Below, in pieces: positions 30,259 through 41,711 of a stretch of 64,000 nucleotides of DNA. The stretch spans positions 128,001 through 192,000 of the forward strand of contig CAVVMW010000006.1 of NCBI GenBank assembly GCA_963749495.1, given 5' to 3'. Numbering within the stretch: position 1 is the first letter of the stretch; every line of letters starts with the position of its first letter. The position numbers were made by a program, and so were the translations under genes. Below the pieces are notes generated by a model, which saw only the letters and a program-made list of their open reading frames with translations, was not told where the DNA came from and ran no database searches. Source of the DNA: an uncultured bacterium. GTDB lineage: Bacteria > Verrucomicrobiota > Verrucomicrobiia > Limisphaerales > UBA8199.

Positions 30259-31624
30259 GTCGGCTTTCAATGACCCAGTAGTGCCGTTTGAGCTGGAGCA
30301 TTCCCAGGGCCTGCAACTGCTCCAGCGTCAGGCTGCTCAACAGAAACACCACTTCGCGGGTCCATTCGCCCCCGCGTTTGACTCGGGTTTCCAGTCGAGC
30401 CGCCAAGCGGGCACCCGGAAAGCCCACCTGGCTGGGGTTCACTTCCAGGCATTGCAGGAAACGAATTTCCAATCGGCCCCGATTGTGCTCGCGCCTCAAG
30501 ACTCGGGTGCGCGGGCTGGCCTGCCTGCCGGTAGGCAGGCCTGAGGGGGGAAAGGCCCGTTTTTCAAACAGGTCTTGCAGAGTCGCTTGGAGGGTCGGTT
30601 GGTTGCCCTTGACCGTCATGAGGTAATCGCCCCCTTGCTCGTAGAGGATCTGTTGACCGGTCTCCACCTGGGTGTGCGCCGCGTCGCTTAACACGATCTT
30701 GCCGGTGAGGTCCAGGCGCTTGAGCACCTGGCGGGCCGCCGGGATCTCGTTGCTCTTAGCCTCGGTGATCATCCCGGCCAGCGGATAGCCCAGGGCTTGG
30801 GCACGGCGAAACTCCGGCAACTCCCGCCGCACCGAATCCATCAAACTGCGGATTTCTTTGACCGGGGTCGTGCAGTGCGCCCTGGCTGCGGCCTCCACCA
30901 TCGCCCACTCGGGGGGCAATTGCGGCGCGCGCAGTTTGAGGCAGGCCTTCTTGACCAGTTCCCGCACCCAGATCTGCTTTGGGGCATCGTGCTTGATGTA
31001 AAAATCGGCCGCATCGCGTTTCCAACCGGCCGTTTTGCCCAAGTGCAACCAGCCGCTGACCTTGTAGGCGGTCCCCTGATAGAGCTGCGGATCAACAAAG
31101 CTCTCCACCAAAGCCAGGGGATGTCCCCACCGCCCCAGCCAGTCTTGGGACAGGGGCTCCAGCATCAGCTTCATAAAGCGGCTGATGAGATTAGGACTGT
31201 GACACTCCGGCAAGACCAGCAGCCGCGAGTTGTTGGCCAGCAGCGGGCGCCGCCGCCGACACTGTTCGGAATCCCAGCCGATAAACTCGTCGCGGTCCTT
31301 GATGTGAAAGGCCGCCCCGCTCCAGGTGGCCAGCGCCAGCCACCGGCCCTTGTAGGTGGCGACGTAGCGCAACTGTTCGCCCACCAGCGTGGCTTCGTGC
31401 AGGTAATGGTGCTCGACGATGAGTTGGTCACACCGAGCCGTATCTTTGGGTGCAGCCAACAATCGGACCTGCAGATGTTCGAGGATCTGCTGCTCGTCCG
31501 GCGAAAGGTGTCGTCGTTTTGATTTTCCCATCCCAGCACTGTAAAAAAGTGCGGAGGGGATGTCCCGCAAAAAGTGATAACCCCTTCCCCCACAATGGCG
31601 CCCTTACCAGGAAAGCCGCGCCCT
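30259..31624 (-). mobile_element. Decayed ISAs1-like element; transposase (ATG 31531) with an N-terminal DUF4338 domain, internally deleted and 3'-truncated
   Basis: EHHYL..GEQLRY..NNSRLLVLP..ESFVDP..GT.Y (DUF4338); KSNEIPA, DAAHTQ, DYLMTVKGNQPTL, HGR-like NRGRLE and W.IE (ISAs1 DDE); probable left end AGGGCGCGGCTTTC at 31624. Confidence 0.8.
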
Positions 31625-31625
31625 A

Positions 31626-32642
31626 GCCAACGGTTCGGGCAAATCGAACCTGCTCTCCTTTTTCAAGCTGTTGAACTTCGCGATGACTGGCGCCTTGCAG
31701 GTGTTTATCGGGCGAGCCGGCGGTGCCCGCTCTCTGCTCCATTACGGCCCCAAGATCACTCCACAGTGCAGCGCCACCATGACGTTCGAGACAGGCCGTG
31801 GGCGTAACACTTATCACTGCCGCCTCTTCCATGCCGCCCCGGACACCCTCATCTTCGCCGAGGAATCCATTCGATTCCAGCCCGCCGGCGAGTCCTTCGA
31901 GCGCCCGCTGACAATGCTCGGAGCAGGCCATAGAGAAAGCGCGCTGCTAATGCCGGAGTACGCCGCAAACCCCACCGTGAAGTTCTTTCGCTCCATGCTT
32001 CCCCGGTTCCGGGCCTATCAGTTCCACGATACCTCCGCAGAGTCGCACCTGAGGGGCAGGGCCGCAATCGAGGACGCCCGGTTCCTTTACGCAGATGCGG
32101 GAAACCTGGCACCCGTACTCCGTTTCATTCAAACCAATCATCCGCACGAGTATCAACGAATCGTGGAGACGATCCGGCTGGTGGCCCCTTTCTTCCAGGA
32201 CTTTGAACTCACACCCCTGAGCGACAACGACCAACAGGTAATGCTCCGCTGGCGCGCCAAGAACTCGGAATACGAGTTTGGCCCCCATCAACTCTCCGAC
32301 GGGACGCTCCGCTTCATGGCGCTGGCGACCTTGCTCCTCCAACCTCGGGATGTCCTGCCGGCCATGATCATCATCGACGAACCGGAACTCGGCCTCCATC
32401 CCTATGCGATCAAACTCCTCGCGTCCATGCTCCAGGACGCCGCCAATTTTACCCAGATCCTGGTTGCGACTCAGTCGGCCGCCCTCGTGGACTTGATCGA
32501 GCCAGAGGACGTCATCGTCGCCAACATGGAGGATGAGGCCTCCACTTTCGAGCGGCTAGGCACCGGCCGGTTGGGCGATTGGCTTGACGAGTACACCCTT
32601 AGCGAGATCTGGGAGAAGAACCTTATCGGAGGGCGCCCATGA
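31626..32642 (+). pseudogene. AAA_21/AbiEii-like ABC ATPase, 5'-truncated within Walker A by the IS
   Basis: ANGSGKSNLL starts right at the IS end; LSDGTLRF signature, IIDEPELGLHP and ATQS. Confidence 0.85.
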
Positions 32643-33322
32643 GTTGGATTCGGCTCTACCTCACGGTCGAGGGTGAAACCGAGCTCAAATTCGCCAATGA
32701 GACCCTCAAGCCGCATCTCGCCAACTTCGAGGTGGAGGTGCGCCCGCGCATGGTGCTGACTAATCGCAAACTAGGCGCCCGCGGCGGCGCCCCGGGTTTC
32801 GAACGCCTCAGGCGCGACATTCTTCGCCTCATCAGGCAGGACGCCCACCCCGAGGCGCGCCTCTCTACGATGATAGATCTGTACGCTCTGCCCAGCGACT
32901 ACCCCGGGTGGAAGGAGGCGAACAAGAAGACCAAGCCCGCCGAACGCGTGGCGGAGTTCGGGATCGCGCTCGCAAATGAGATCTCCTGTCCGCGGTTCAT
33001 CCCCTACCTTCAGCTCCATGAGTTTGAGACGCTGCTCTTCTGTGGCCTTCACCAATTGTCCTCTCGCATTGAGGACAGCGCCCGGGAAGTGGGCAAACTC
33101 CAGGAGGAGGTGGCTTGCTTTGAAACGCCGGAGGACATCGACGAGAACCCGGCCACCGCCCCGAGCAAGCGGCTGATCAACCACGTTCCACGATATGAGC
33201 GACTGAAGGTTCTCGTCGGAGCGACAGCCGCTGGCGCAATCGGCGTGCCAACCCTCCGGGCCCGGTGCCCCCACTTTGGCCAGTGGTTGGCTCGATTGGA
33301 GAGCCTCAAGACAGCCGCCTGA
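32639..33322 (+). CDS. DUF4276 family protein (TOPRIM-like)
   Basis: VEGETE..F, TMIDLY.LP.D.PG, FIPYLQLHEFETLL, PSKRL and CPHF.QW; ATGA overlap with the ATPase. Confidence 0.88.
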   Translation: MSWIRLYLTVEGETELKFANETLKPHLANFEVEVRPRMVLTNRKLGARGGAPGFERLRRDILRLIRQDAHPEARLSTMIDLYALPSDYPGWKEANKKTKPAERVAEFGIALANEISCPRFIPYLQLHEFETLLFCGLHQLSSRIEDSAREVGKLQEEVACFETPEDIDENPATAPSKRLINHVPRYERLKVLVGATAAGAIGVPTLRARCPHFGQWLARLESLKTAA

Positions 33323-33596
33323 CTTTGACCTCTGCCAAGGGGAGGTCTGCCCTTCGGCCCTGATGCTGGAGCAGCCCTCTGGTTTGGCGCTCGACCAGAG
33401 TGGCATGGTGGCCTCTCCCACTCACCAGCTCGGCGTGGGTGCGGGTCTCGGTGATTGCACACCCACTTCTCCTGTCGAATCGGCAAGTGGTTCCATATGC
33501 CGGCAGTTTGAAAATGTTGGACGAACCGATCGCCCCCATATTGAGTCCTGCGGGTCCGGGAGGCAATTCGTTTCTGGTGATGCCCGGGCCGGCGCG

Positions 33597-33614
33597 TTGT
33601 CACCGGATTGTAAC
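33597..33614 (+). promoter_or_regulatory. Candidate PHO box
   Basis: TTGTCAC-CGGA-TTGTAAC, an 11-bp-period direct repeat about 95 bp upstream of the porin-pst operon. Confidence 0.7.
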
Positions 33615-33709
33615 AAAACCGACTTATGTCCGTAACGCGCCTATTGGAGGTTTTCGGCGGTCGAGTGAGTTGAACTATCAGCACGAACCTAAACCAAGAC
33701 ATCACCTCA

Positions 33710-35152
33710 ATGAAGAAATCAAGAACCTGCGCGGCAGTGATGACCGCCGCGCTCGCCTCGGGGGCCTGTGTCGGCAACCTCCACGCACAATCGGCCGGCG
33801 CCCTGATCGATAAGCTGGTCCAGAAGGGCATTCTGACCGAGAAGGAAGCGAAGGAACTCCTGAGCGAGACTACCCAAACCAACAACCCGCCCAGCGGCTC
33901 GAAATGGCGGATAGACAAGGCCATCAAGAGCATCGGCCTGTATGGCAACCTGCGGATGCGCTATGAATACCGGGGCGCGGAAAATGCCCCCGGCTCGGGC
34001 GCCTTCGGCAACGCCTTTTACCGGGAGCGGTTCCGGTATGCGGCGCGCGTGGGAATCCGGGGTGAATTGTTGGACAATTGGTATTACGGCCTGCGCGTGG
34101 AGACCTCGACCAACCCGCGCTCGACATGGGTCACCTTCGGGAAGGTGGGCGGGACCGCCAACAGCCCGGGCACCCCGTTTGACAAGGCCAGCAACGGGGT
34201 CAATGTGGGCCTGGCTTACCTGGGCTGGATGCCCAGCGACTGGTCCGACATCACGTTTGGCAGGATGCCGATGCCGCTCTATGTGACGCCGATGCTCTGG
34301 GACTCCGACCTCACCCCGGAAGGCGCGGCTGAGCGGTTCAAGTGGTCCCTGCCCCCGGTGGACCTCTTCGCCAACCTGGGCCAGTTCATTTACCAGGACA
34401 CCGACCTGGACAACCAGTTGCCCTCTGGCGACACCTTCATGCTGGCCTGGCAGGTCGGGGCCACTGTCAAGCTGGCCAAGGACATCTCCCTCAAGGCCGC
34501 CCCGGTCCTCTATGTCTATACAGGCAAAGGCGCCGCTCCCAGCCTCCTGCAGCGTTACACCGGCGAGGGTGTCGGCGGCCTCAACCCGGCTAGCAGCGTC
34601 CCGTCCAACCAGAGTGGCCTCAACGACCTCACTGTGCTGGAGGTCCCGGCCGAGCTCAATTTCAAGCTCGGCAAGTACGGGACGCGCCTCTTTGGCGATT
34701 TCGCTTACAATTTCGACGGTGACGCCCGCGCGCAGGCCGCCTTCGACGCCACTCACACCACCGGCTCGCCCAACCCGCTGCCGCACGTCTTCAAGGGCCA
34801 GGACAAGGCCTACCAACTGGGCGCGGGCTTCGGCAACCTGGGCCTGGTGTATGGCACGACCTCCAAGAAGAACACCTGGGAGGTCCGCGCCTATTGGCAG
34901 CACGTCGAGCAGTACGCGGCTGACGTGAACCTGCTGGACTCGGACTTCTTCGAAGGCCGGGCCAACCTGCAGGGCTTTTACAGCGCCTTCGCCTACAGCT
35001 TTACGGACAATATCATCAGCACCTTCCGCTACGGCCTGGCCTCGCGCATCAACGAGAGCCTGGGCACCGGCGGCAAAAATCCGGATATGCCCGAGCTCAA
35101 CCCTATCCGCAACTACCACATCCTGCAATTGGACCTGACCTGGAGATTCTGA
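33710..35152 (+). CDS. Putative outer-membrane porin (Porin_5-like)
   Basis: LIDKLVQKGILT N-terminus, GNLRMRYE, LWDSDLTPEG and a terminal Phe; heads the pst operon. Confidence 0.85.
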   Translation: MKKSRTCAAVMTAALASGACVGNLHAQSAGALIDKLVQKGILTEKEAKELLSETTQTNNPPSGSKWRIDKAIKSIGLYGNLRMRYEYRGAENAPGSGAFGNAFYRERFRYAARVGIRGELLDNWYYGLRVETSTNPRSTWVTFGKVGGTANSPGTPFDKASNGVNVGLAYLGWMPSDWSDITFGRMPMPLYVTPMLWDSDLTPEGAAERFKWSLPPVDLFANLGQFIYQDTDLDNQLPSGDTFMLAWQVGATVKLAKDISLKAAPVLYVYTGKGAAPSLLQRYTGEGVGGLNPASSVPSNQSGLNDLTVLEVPAELNFKLGKYGTRLFGDFAYNFDGDARAQAAFDATHTTGSPNPLPHVFKGQDKAYQLGAGFGNLGLVYGTTSKKNTWEVRAYWQHVEQYAADVNLLDSDFFEGRANLQGFYSAFAYSFTDNIISTFRYGLASRINESLGTGGKNPDMPELNPIRNYHILQLDLTWRF

Positions 35153-35153
35153 A

Positions 35154-36191
35154 ATGAAACTAACGCTCTCGGCCTGCATGGCGTCGGCCTGCCTGTTGGC
35201 GGCCCCGTCGGGCGCGCCGGCCCAATTGCTCATCAACGGGGCCGGCGCGACCTTCCCCTATCCCATTTACTCCAAGTGGTTCGATGATTACGCGAAGGTG
35301 GACCCGTCGGTCCGATTCAATTACCAATCCATCGGCTCGGGCGGGGGACAGAAACAGATCCTGGATCAAACCGTGGATTTCGGCGCGTCCGACAGCGCGA
35401 TGAGCGATGCCAACCTGACCAAGGCCCCGGGAAAAATCCTCCACATCCCCACCGTGGCCGGCGCCGTCGTTGTGACGTATAACCTGCCCGGCAGCCTCCA
35501 ACTCAAGCTGGATGGTCCCGCAGTGGCCGACATCTTCCTGGGCAAGATCATCCGCTGGAACGATCCCCGGCTCGCGGCACTCAACCCGGGCGTTAAGCTG
35601 CCCAACGCGGACCTGGTCGTCGTCCACCGTTCGGATGGCAGCGGCACCAGCTTCATCTTCACCGACTACTTGAGCAGTATCAGCAAGGAGTGGGAACGGC
35701 GCGTGGGCCGGAACACTTCCGTGAGATGGCCGGCGGGCATCGGGGCCAAAGGCAATGAAGGCATCTCGGGCCAGGTCAAGCAAATGTCAGGCGCGGTCGG
35801 CTACGTCGAGCTGGCTTACGCCCACCAAAACAACCTCCCCTGCGCCCGCATCCGCAACGCAGCCGGGACGTTCGTCAACCCCTCGATCGAGTCGGTGACC
35901 CAGGCCCTGGCTGCCGCAACGGTCCCGGACGACTTCCGGTTTTCCATGGTCAACCCGCCCGGTGAAGGGGCCTACCCGATTGCGGGCGCGACCTGGCTGC
36001 TGGTCTATGAGCGGCAGAAAGACACGGCCAAGGGCCGCAAACTCGTCGAGTTCCTGACTTGGGCCGTGACCAAAGGCCAGGCCATCGCCCCCAGCCTGGA
36101 TTACGCCCCCCTGCCGCAGACCCTCCAAGCCCGCGTGCTCGACCGGGTCAAGAGCATCAAAGCGGCTTCGGAGCACGCCAATACGAGGTGA
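35154..36191 (+). CDS. pstS: Phosphate ABC transporter substrate-binding protein
   Basis: GAGATFPYP, YQSIGSGGG, DFGASD, HRSDGSGT. Confidence 0.97.
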   Translation: MKLTLSACMASACLLAAPSGAPAQLLINGAGATFPYPIYSKWFDDYAKVDPSVRFNYQSIGSGGGQKQILDQTVDFGASDSAMSDANLTKAPGKILHIPTVAGAVVVTYNLPGSLQLKLDGPAVADIFLGKIIRWNDPRLAALNPGVKLPNADLVVVHRSDGSGTSFIFTDYLSSISKEWERRVGRNTSVRWPAGIGAKGNEGISGQVKQMSGAVGYVELAYAHQNNLPCARIRNAAGTFVNPSIESVTQALAAATVPDDFRFSMVNPPGEGAYPIAGATWLLVYERQKDTAKGRKLVEFLTWAVTKGQAIAPSLDYAPLPQTLQARVLDRVKSIKAASEHANTR

Positions 36192-36559
36192 GTCTGTCGA
36201 TGATCCGACCCGTGGCCCGCAAGGTTTTGGAGTGCGCCAGTCCTCTGGCGCTTTCTCGTCCCCAGGGTCCAAAAAGCGCCAGAGGACTGGCGCACTCCAA
36301 AACGCTTCGCGGCCGGCGATGCCTGTCCGGTTCATGGTCCCCGGACATGATGTCAAAATCGTCCAGCCTTTCTACAATGCCGGGGCTCTTGTCAGATAAA
36401 TCGGACCCTGTGCGGATGCGGTGCAATCCGGAGGGTTGCCGGAAGGCAGGCGGGGGTCGAGGCGACGCGGCGCCGCGTTAAGTCACTGGCATTCTGGAGG
36501 AAACCTGGCATCATCGAGCCATCGAAAAAAGGTCGGAGATTGGACGGGAGCCTTAGAGC

Positions 36560-37561
36560 ATGGAGCATCAGGCGCATCAGAATGTCGAGGGTGGGACCCT
36601 AACCAAGCCGCGGGGAGGCCCCGCGCTGGCGCGCTCCACGCCCTCACGCATGGCCGTGGGGGACCCTGCGTTCAAGTGGCTGACCCTGCTGATGGCGCTC
36701 TCTGTCTTTGTCTTGATTGTGCTGATCGGCTACGAACTGACGAGCGGCGCACAGACGAGCCTGCGCAAGTTTGGCTGGCGGTTTCTGACCGGCGCCGACT
36801 GGGACCCCGTCAGCGAGCAATTCGGCGCGCTGCCCTTTATTTATGGCACCCTGGTCTCGTCGGGCCTGGCCCTGGTGCTGGCGGTGCCGCTGAGCATTGG
36901 GAGCGCGGTTTTCCTGACGGAGTGGGCGCCGAAATGGTTGAGCCGGGTGCTGGGTTTTTTTATTGAACTGCTGGCGGCGGTGCCGAGCGTCATTTTGGGC
37001 CTGTGGGGCGCATCGGTGATGGTTCCCTGGCTGCGGGCGTGGCTGTATCCGGGGCTGCGGGCCACGCTCGGGTTTCTTCCCTTGTTCCAGGGGCCGATCT
37101 TCGGGGTGGGCATGCTCTCGGCCGGCATCATCCTGGCGATCATGATCCTGCCGATCATCACCTCGCTTTCGCGGGAGGTCCTCCGCTCGGTCCCCGGCCT
37201 GCAGCGGGAGGCGGCTTATGCCTTGGGGGCAACACCCTGGGAAGTGACGCGCATCGCCGTGCTCAGTTATGCGAAAAGGGGCCTGCTCGGGGCGGTCATC
37301 CTGGGCCTGGGCCGCGCCCTGGGCGAGACCATGGCCGTGACCATGCTCATCGGCAACGGGCTGGGCATCTCCGTCTCGCTCTTTGCCCCCGCCTACACGC
37401 TCACGAGCGTGGTCGCCAACGAGTTCAGCGAAACGCCGCCCGGCCTTCATCTGAGCGCCCTGTTCGAGGTCGGCTTGGTCCTGCTGGGGATTACGGTGCT
37501 GGTCAATGCCCTGGCCCGGCTCCTGCTGCGGGCCTCGTTGGTTTCCACCCCGTCGCAATGA
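36560..37561 (+). CDS. pstC: Phosphate ABC transporter permease
   Basis: ELLAAVPSV, LGLGRALGETMAV. Confidence 0.96.
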   Translation: MEHQAHQNVEGGTLTKPRGGPALARSTPSRMAVGDPAFKWLTLLMALSVFVLIVLIGYELTSGAQTSLRKFGWRFLTGADWDPVSEQFGALPFIYGTLVSSGLALVLAVPLSIGSAVFLTEWAPKWLSRVLGFFIELLAAVPSVILGLWGASVMVPWLRAWLYPGLRATLGFLPLFQGPIFGVGMLSAGIILAIMILPIITSLSREVLRSVPGLQREAAYALGATPWEVTRIAVLSYAKRGLLGAVILGLGRALGETMAVTMLIGNGLGISVSLFAPAYTLTSVVANEFSETPPGLHLSALFEVGLVLLGITVLVNALARLLLRASLVSTPSQ

Positions 37562-37565
37562 ACGC

Positions 37566-38417
37566 ATGAAGACCGGCTCCTATCGCTGGCGCAAGTTCAA
37601 GAGCCGCTTCGTGCAAGCCCTGGCCGGCCTCTGCGCCCTGCTGGTCGTCCTGCCCTTGGGGCTGGTCTTCTACCATGTCCTGAAGTCCGGCATCGGCTCG
37701 GTCAACTGGGCCTTCCTCACGCGATTGCCCAAGCCGGTGGGCGAGGCCGGCGGCGGCATGGCCAACGCTATCGTCGGGACGTTCGAGTTGCTGGGCCTGG
37801 CGGCGTTGCTGGGCGTGCCGGTCGGCGTGTGCGGGGGCATCTTCCTCTCCGAGTCTGGTCTGGGCCGGCTGAAGTCCTGGGTCCGGTTTGTGGCCGACGT
37901 CCTCAACGGCGTGCCCTCGATCATCTGGGGCATGGTGGTCTATGCGCTGGTGGTGGTGCCGATGGGGGGTTCTTCGGCGCTGGCGGGCGGGGTGGTGTTG
38001 GGGCTGATGATGGTGCCGCTGGTGATGCGGACCTCCGAGGAGGTCCTGTTGCTGGTGCCGCAGGGCTACCGTGAGGCGGCCCTGGCCCTGGGCATCGCTC
38101 AATGGCGCACCATCCTCCAGATCGTGGTCCCCACCGCGCTCCGGGGCATCGTTAGCGGCATCCTCCTGGCGCTGGCCCGCGTGGCGGGCGAGACCGCCCC
38201 GCTCCTGTTCACGGCCTTTGGCAACCGCTATTGGAACCATCATCTGTCCGAGCCCATCGCCGCCCTCCCCTTGCAAATCTTCACCTACTCTATCTCACCC
38301 TACGACAACTGGCAGCGGCAGGCCTGGGCCGGCGCCTTGGTCCTGCTTCTCATGGTCGCCGGCATCAACATCTCCGTCCGCCTGCTCACCCGCGAACGGC
38401 TGGGCAAATGGCTATGA
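37566..38417 (+). CDS. pstA: Phosphate ABC transporter permease
   Basis: [22 protein letters not shown]. Confidence 0.96.
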   Translation: MKTGSYRWRKFKSRFVQALAGLCALLVVLPLGLVFYHVLKSGIGSVNWAFLTRLPKPVGEAGGGMANAIVGTFELLGLAALLGVPVGVCGGIFLSESGLGRLKSWVRFVADVLNGVPSIIWGMVVYALVVVPMGGSSALAGGVVLGLMMVPLVMRTSEEVLLLVPQGYREAALALGIAQWRTILQIVVPTALRGIVSGILLALARVAGETAPLLFTAFGNRYWNHHLSEPIAALPLQIFTYSISPYDNWQRQAWAGALVLLLMVAGINISVRLLTRERLGKWL

Positions 38418-39247
38418 CCGAAGCAAGACCCATCGTCCCCTTGCAAATCCCGGCGCCGCTGCCCGCCGCCCGGGCGCCGGCCCCAGGCGCCCCTGCCGCC
38501 TTGGCCGTTCGCGACCTCTGCGTTTCCTTTGGCCCCAACCGCGTGCTCAAGCAAATCTCCCTGGACATCCCCTCTCACGCCGTCACCGCCATCATCGGCC
38601 CCAGCGGCTGCGGCAAATCCACCTTCCTGCGCGCCATCAACCGCTTGCACGACCTGGTCCCCTCCGCCCGCGTCCAAGGCCAGGTCCGGCTCTTTGGCAC
38701 CGACCTCTACGGCCCCGAGGTCGAGCCCGTCCTCATCCGCCGCCGCATCGGCATGGTCTTCCAGAAATCCAATCCCTTCCCCACCATGTCCATCGCCGAC
38801 AACGTCACCGTCGGTCTGCGCTTGAATGGGATGCGCAACCGGTCGGACCTGGCGGAGCGGATGACCCAATCCCTGGTCAAAGCCGCCTTGTGGGATGAGG
38901 TCAAGGACCGCCTGGGCGCGCCCGCCATCAGCCTCTCCGGCGGCCAGCAACAGCGTCTTTGCATCGCCCGCGCCCTGGCGGTCTCTCCGGAGGTCCTTCT
39001 CATGGACGAGCCCGCCTCGGCCCTGGACCCGCAGGCCACCGCCCGCATCGAGGACTTGATCCTCGAGCTCAAGAAGGACTTCACTATTGTCATCGTCACC
39101 CATAATATGCAGCAGGCCGCGCGCGTGTCCGATTTCACCGCGTTCCTTTACCTGGGCGAATTGGTTGAATACGGCGCGACCGCAAAGATCTTTACCAGCC
39201 CGGAGAAACGCCAAACGGAAGACTACGTCACCGGACGATTTGGATGA
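38414..39247 (+). CDS. pstB: Phosphate ABC transporter ATP-binding protein
   Basis: [32 protein letters not shown]. Confidence 0.97.
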   Translation: MTEARPIVPLQIPAPLPAARAPAPGAPAALAVRDLCVSFGPNRVLKQISLDIPSHAVTAIIGPSGCGKSTFLRAINRLHDLVPSARVQGQVRLFGTDLYGPEVEPVLIRRRIGMVFQKSNPFPTMSIADNVTVGLRLNGMRNRSDLAERMTQSLVKAALWDEVKDRLGAPAISLSGGQQQRLCIARALAVSPEVLLMDEPASALDPQATARIEDLILELKKDFTIVIVTHNMQQAARVSDFTAFLYLGELVEYGATAKIFTSPEKRQTEDYVTGRFG

Positions 39248-39272
39248 AGCCGGCGAATCAGGCTCCAAGAGT

Positions 39273-39947
39273 ATGCAGCACTTTGAAAACGAACTCGGCG
39301 GGCTCCGGGAGAAGCTCTTGACGATGGCCAGCTATGCGGAGGCCGCCGTGCGCGGCGCGGTGCAGGCCGTGGCGGAGCGCGACTACCCGCTGGCCCAGCG
39401 CATTCGCGAGGACGACCGCGCCATCGACCGGCTCGAAGTCGAAGTGGACGAGTTGGCCATCAAACTCCTGGCCAAGGCCCCCCTGGCCGGCGACCTGCGC
39501 CTGGTCACCGTGGCGATGAGGATCTCGCAGAACCTCGAGCGCGTCGGTGACGAGGCCACCAAGATCGCCAAACGCGCCCGCGACCTGAGCCAGGAGCCTC
39601 CCTTGAAGCTGGCCGTGGACATCCCCCCAATGGCCGACCTCGCCCTCCAGATGCTCAAGACCGCCCTCGATTCCTTCGTCAACCGCGACCCCGCCGCTGC
39701 CCGCGCCGTCATCCCCCGGGACAAGGAGGTCGATGCCTTGAACAAGGAAATCCATCGCCTCCTGGCCGCCCGGATGATCGAGAGCCCGGATACCATCTCG
39801 CGTTGCCTCCACCTCATGGTCGTCGCCAAGAGCCTCGAACGCATCGCCGACCACGCCAAAAACGTGGCCGAAGAAGTCGTCTATTTCTGCGAGGCCCAGG
39901 ACATCCGCCACCCCGCCAGCACACGCCCCGAGCCGCCGCCTCAATAG
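39273..39947 (+). CDS. phoU: Phosphate signalling protein PhoU
   Basis: PLAGDLR, LERVGD, LERIADHAKNVAE. Confidence 0.96.
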   Translation: MQHFENELGGLREKLLTMASYAEAAVRGAVQAVAERDYPLAQRIREDDRAIDRLEVEVDELAIKLLAKAPLAGDLRLVTVAMRISQNLERVGDEATKIAKRARDLSQEPPLKLAVDIPPMADLALQMLKTALDSFVNRDPAAARAVIPRDKEVDALNKEIHRLLAARMIESPDTISRCLHLMVVAKSLERIADHAKNVAEEVVYFCEAQDIRHPASTRPEPPPQ

Positions 39948-40600
39948 GCTGGCCGCGGGCTGTTGGCGCAGGGCTCGTGCAAGAATAGAGGCCGAGATTG
40001 AGGCGTGATTCTCACCTTTTGAAACCCGATTGGCCTTACACCGGGGTTCATGAGCTACAGGACGTGCCTTGGTCACTTGTTTTTCATCCCGGAGGGATGC
40101 CTGAGAATAGCCCAACGCTTCAGCATTGGGTAATGGGCCTGAAGCGGTCGAGTCCCGAAGGGACGGTTGAAATGCAGGGCCGCTCAGCCGTCCCTTCGGG
40201 ACTGGACCGTTTTGGGGCACGCCAACCCAATGCTAAAGCATTGGGCTATTCTCATGTGTCCCTCCGGGACAGAATCCAGGGGAGTGCGCGGCATTCCCGC
40301 GTTTTGGCTGCGTCCGCCGACAGGAAAAGCGGAATTAATTCTGCGAAGAACCTAAATCGAACCACGCAACATTGGCACAACCTTTGTCGCAGCCTTTGTC
40401 GGGTCCTTTGTCGAGAATTGGGGCCTTCGACAAAGGTCGCGACAAAGGCTGCGACGAAGGTCTAGCCGCATGGGTGTGCCAATGTTGGTGGCTCCGATTC
40501 CTCGACCGATGGCCCACGGTCCACCCTCTCCCCATCCGATGGGGAGAGGGCCAGGGTGAGGGGAAACCCGGCGGCCAAACTCCGCCACCTGTCCAAAAAC

Positions 40601-41356
40601 TCACTCGCGCCCTGGGCTCTGGGCACCCCCGCCCCGGGCGAGGCTCAGGTCGCGTATCTTGATGTTGCGGAAAGAGACGTCGCCATTGTGGTCCTGCAGG
40701 AGGAGGTGGGCCTTGATGCGCGTGCCAAAGCCGGCGACGTTCCTGAATTTGCTCCGGGCGACGGCGGCTTTGACGGCATCACTGCCCAGTTCGTACTCGA
40801 GGACCTTGGTCCCATTGAGCCAGTGCTCGACGTGGTTGCCCTGGACGAGGATGCGCGAGAGGTTGATCTCGCCGGCCGGCTTGAGTGGCAAGGGAACGGT
40901 CGGCCCGAGCACATCGTAAAACGAGGCGGTGGCGTGTTTGCGGTTGCCAGACAGGCCGTCGGGCTCGCGCGCGTCATCGATCATCTGGTACTCGTGCCCG
41001 ATGGCCGAGGGGCGCGATTCGGTGATGAAGTACTTGACGCCGCTGTTGGCGCCGGGGCCGACCTTCCATTCCCACTGCAGATCGAACTTCTCGAACTGGG
41101 CCTCGCTAATAACGTCTCCGCCGCCCTTGCCCAGGCAGTGCAGCCACCCCTCCTCGACCGTCCAGCCTTTGGCCGGGAAGCTCTGCTTTTTGAAGCTGCG
41201 CCAGCCCGTGGTCGTCTGGCCGTCAAAAAGGAGATGCCAGCCCGCCGCCTTTTCCTGGTCGGTAAGCTGGTTGGCTGTCGCGCCCCAAACCAGTCCCGTC
41301 CCGGCCGCCAGCGCGGCCAGGACCCAGCCCCATCCCGGCACACAAGTTCTTTTCAT
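40601..41356 (-). CDS. DUF1080 secreted protein
   Basis: GWHLLFDG, ANSGVKY, EYQMIDD, LQDH..VSFRNIKIR. Confidence 0.92.
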   Translation of the reverse strand: MKRTCVPGWGWVLAALAAGTGLVWGATANQLTDQEKAAGWHLLFDGQTTTGWRSFKKQSFPAKGWTVEEGWLHCLGKGGGDVISEAQFEKFDLQWEWKVGPGANSGVKYFITESRPSAIGHEYQMIDDAREPDGLSGNRKHATASFYDVLGPTVPLPLKPAGEINLSRILVQGNHVEHWLNGTKVLEYELGSDAVKAAVARSKFRNVAGFGTRIKAHLLLQDHNGDVSFRNIKIRDLSLARGGGAQSPGRE

Positions 41357-41711
41357 GGCCCTATTTCAAGCCGGGCCGCCTCCCGCTGGCAATCAAAATC
41401 AGTCGAGTTGAGTAATGCTCGAGTGATGGCAGGAGCGTCACAGGGGCAGACCCCTCACCCCGGCCCTCTCCCCTTCGGAAGGGGAGATCCACGGGTACCT
41501 TCACAGCGTCGTTCCGCCAGGCGCGCGCTGCCCCCGGCTCACCGCGTAGCGGTGCCCAATGGTAGCCGTGGACTTCCAGTCCACGGACCTATGGCCCAAG
41601 CTCAACCGCGTCGCGTAGCGACGCCTGAAAACCGCGACGCCTTCAGGCGTTGCTACGCGACGCGTGACTATTCCTACGCCCTGAACCGTGGACCGAGGTC
41701 CACGGCTACCT

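Noticed and set aside
30900..31531. Druantia (DruA/DUF4338) defence system
   Set aside because: The domain is fused to an ISAs1-type DDE and no other dru genes are present.
39985..40075. Possible further TA remnant after phoU
   Set aside because: Too short to assign by eye.
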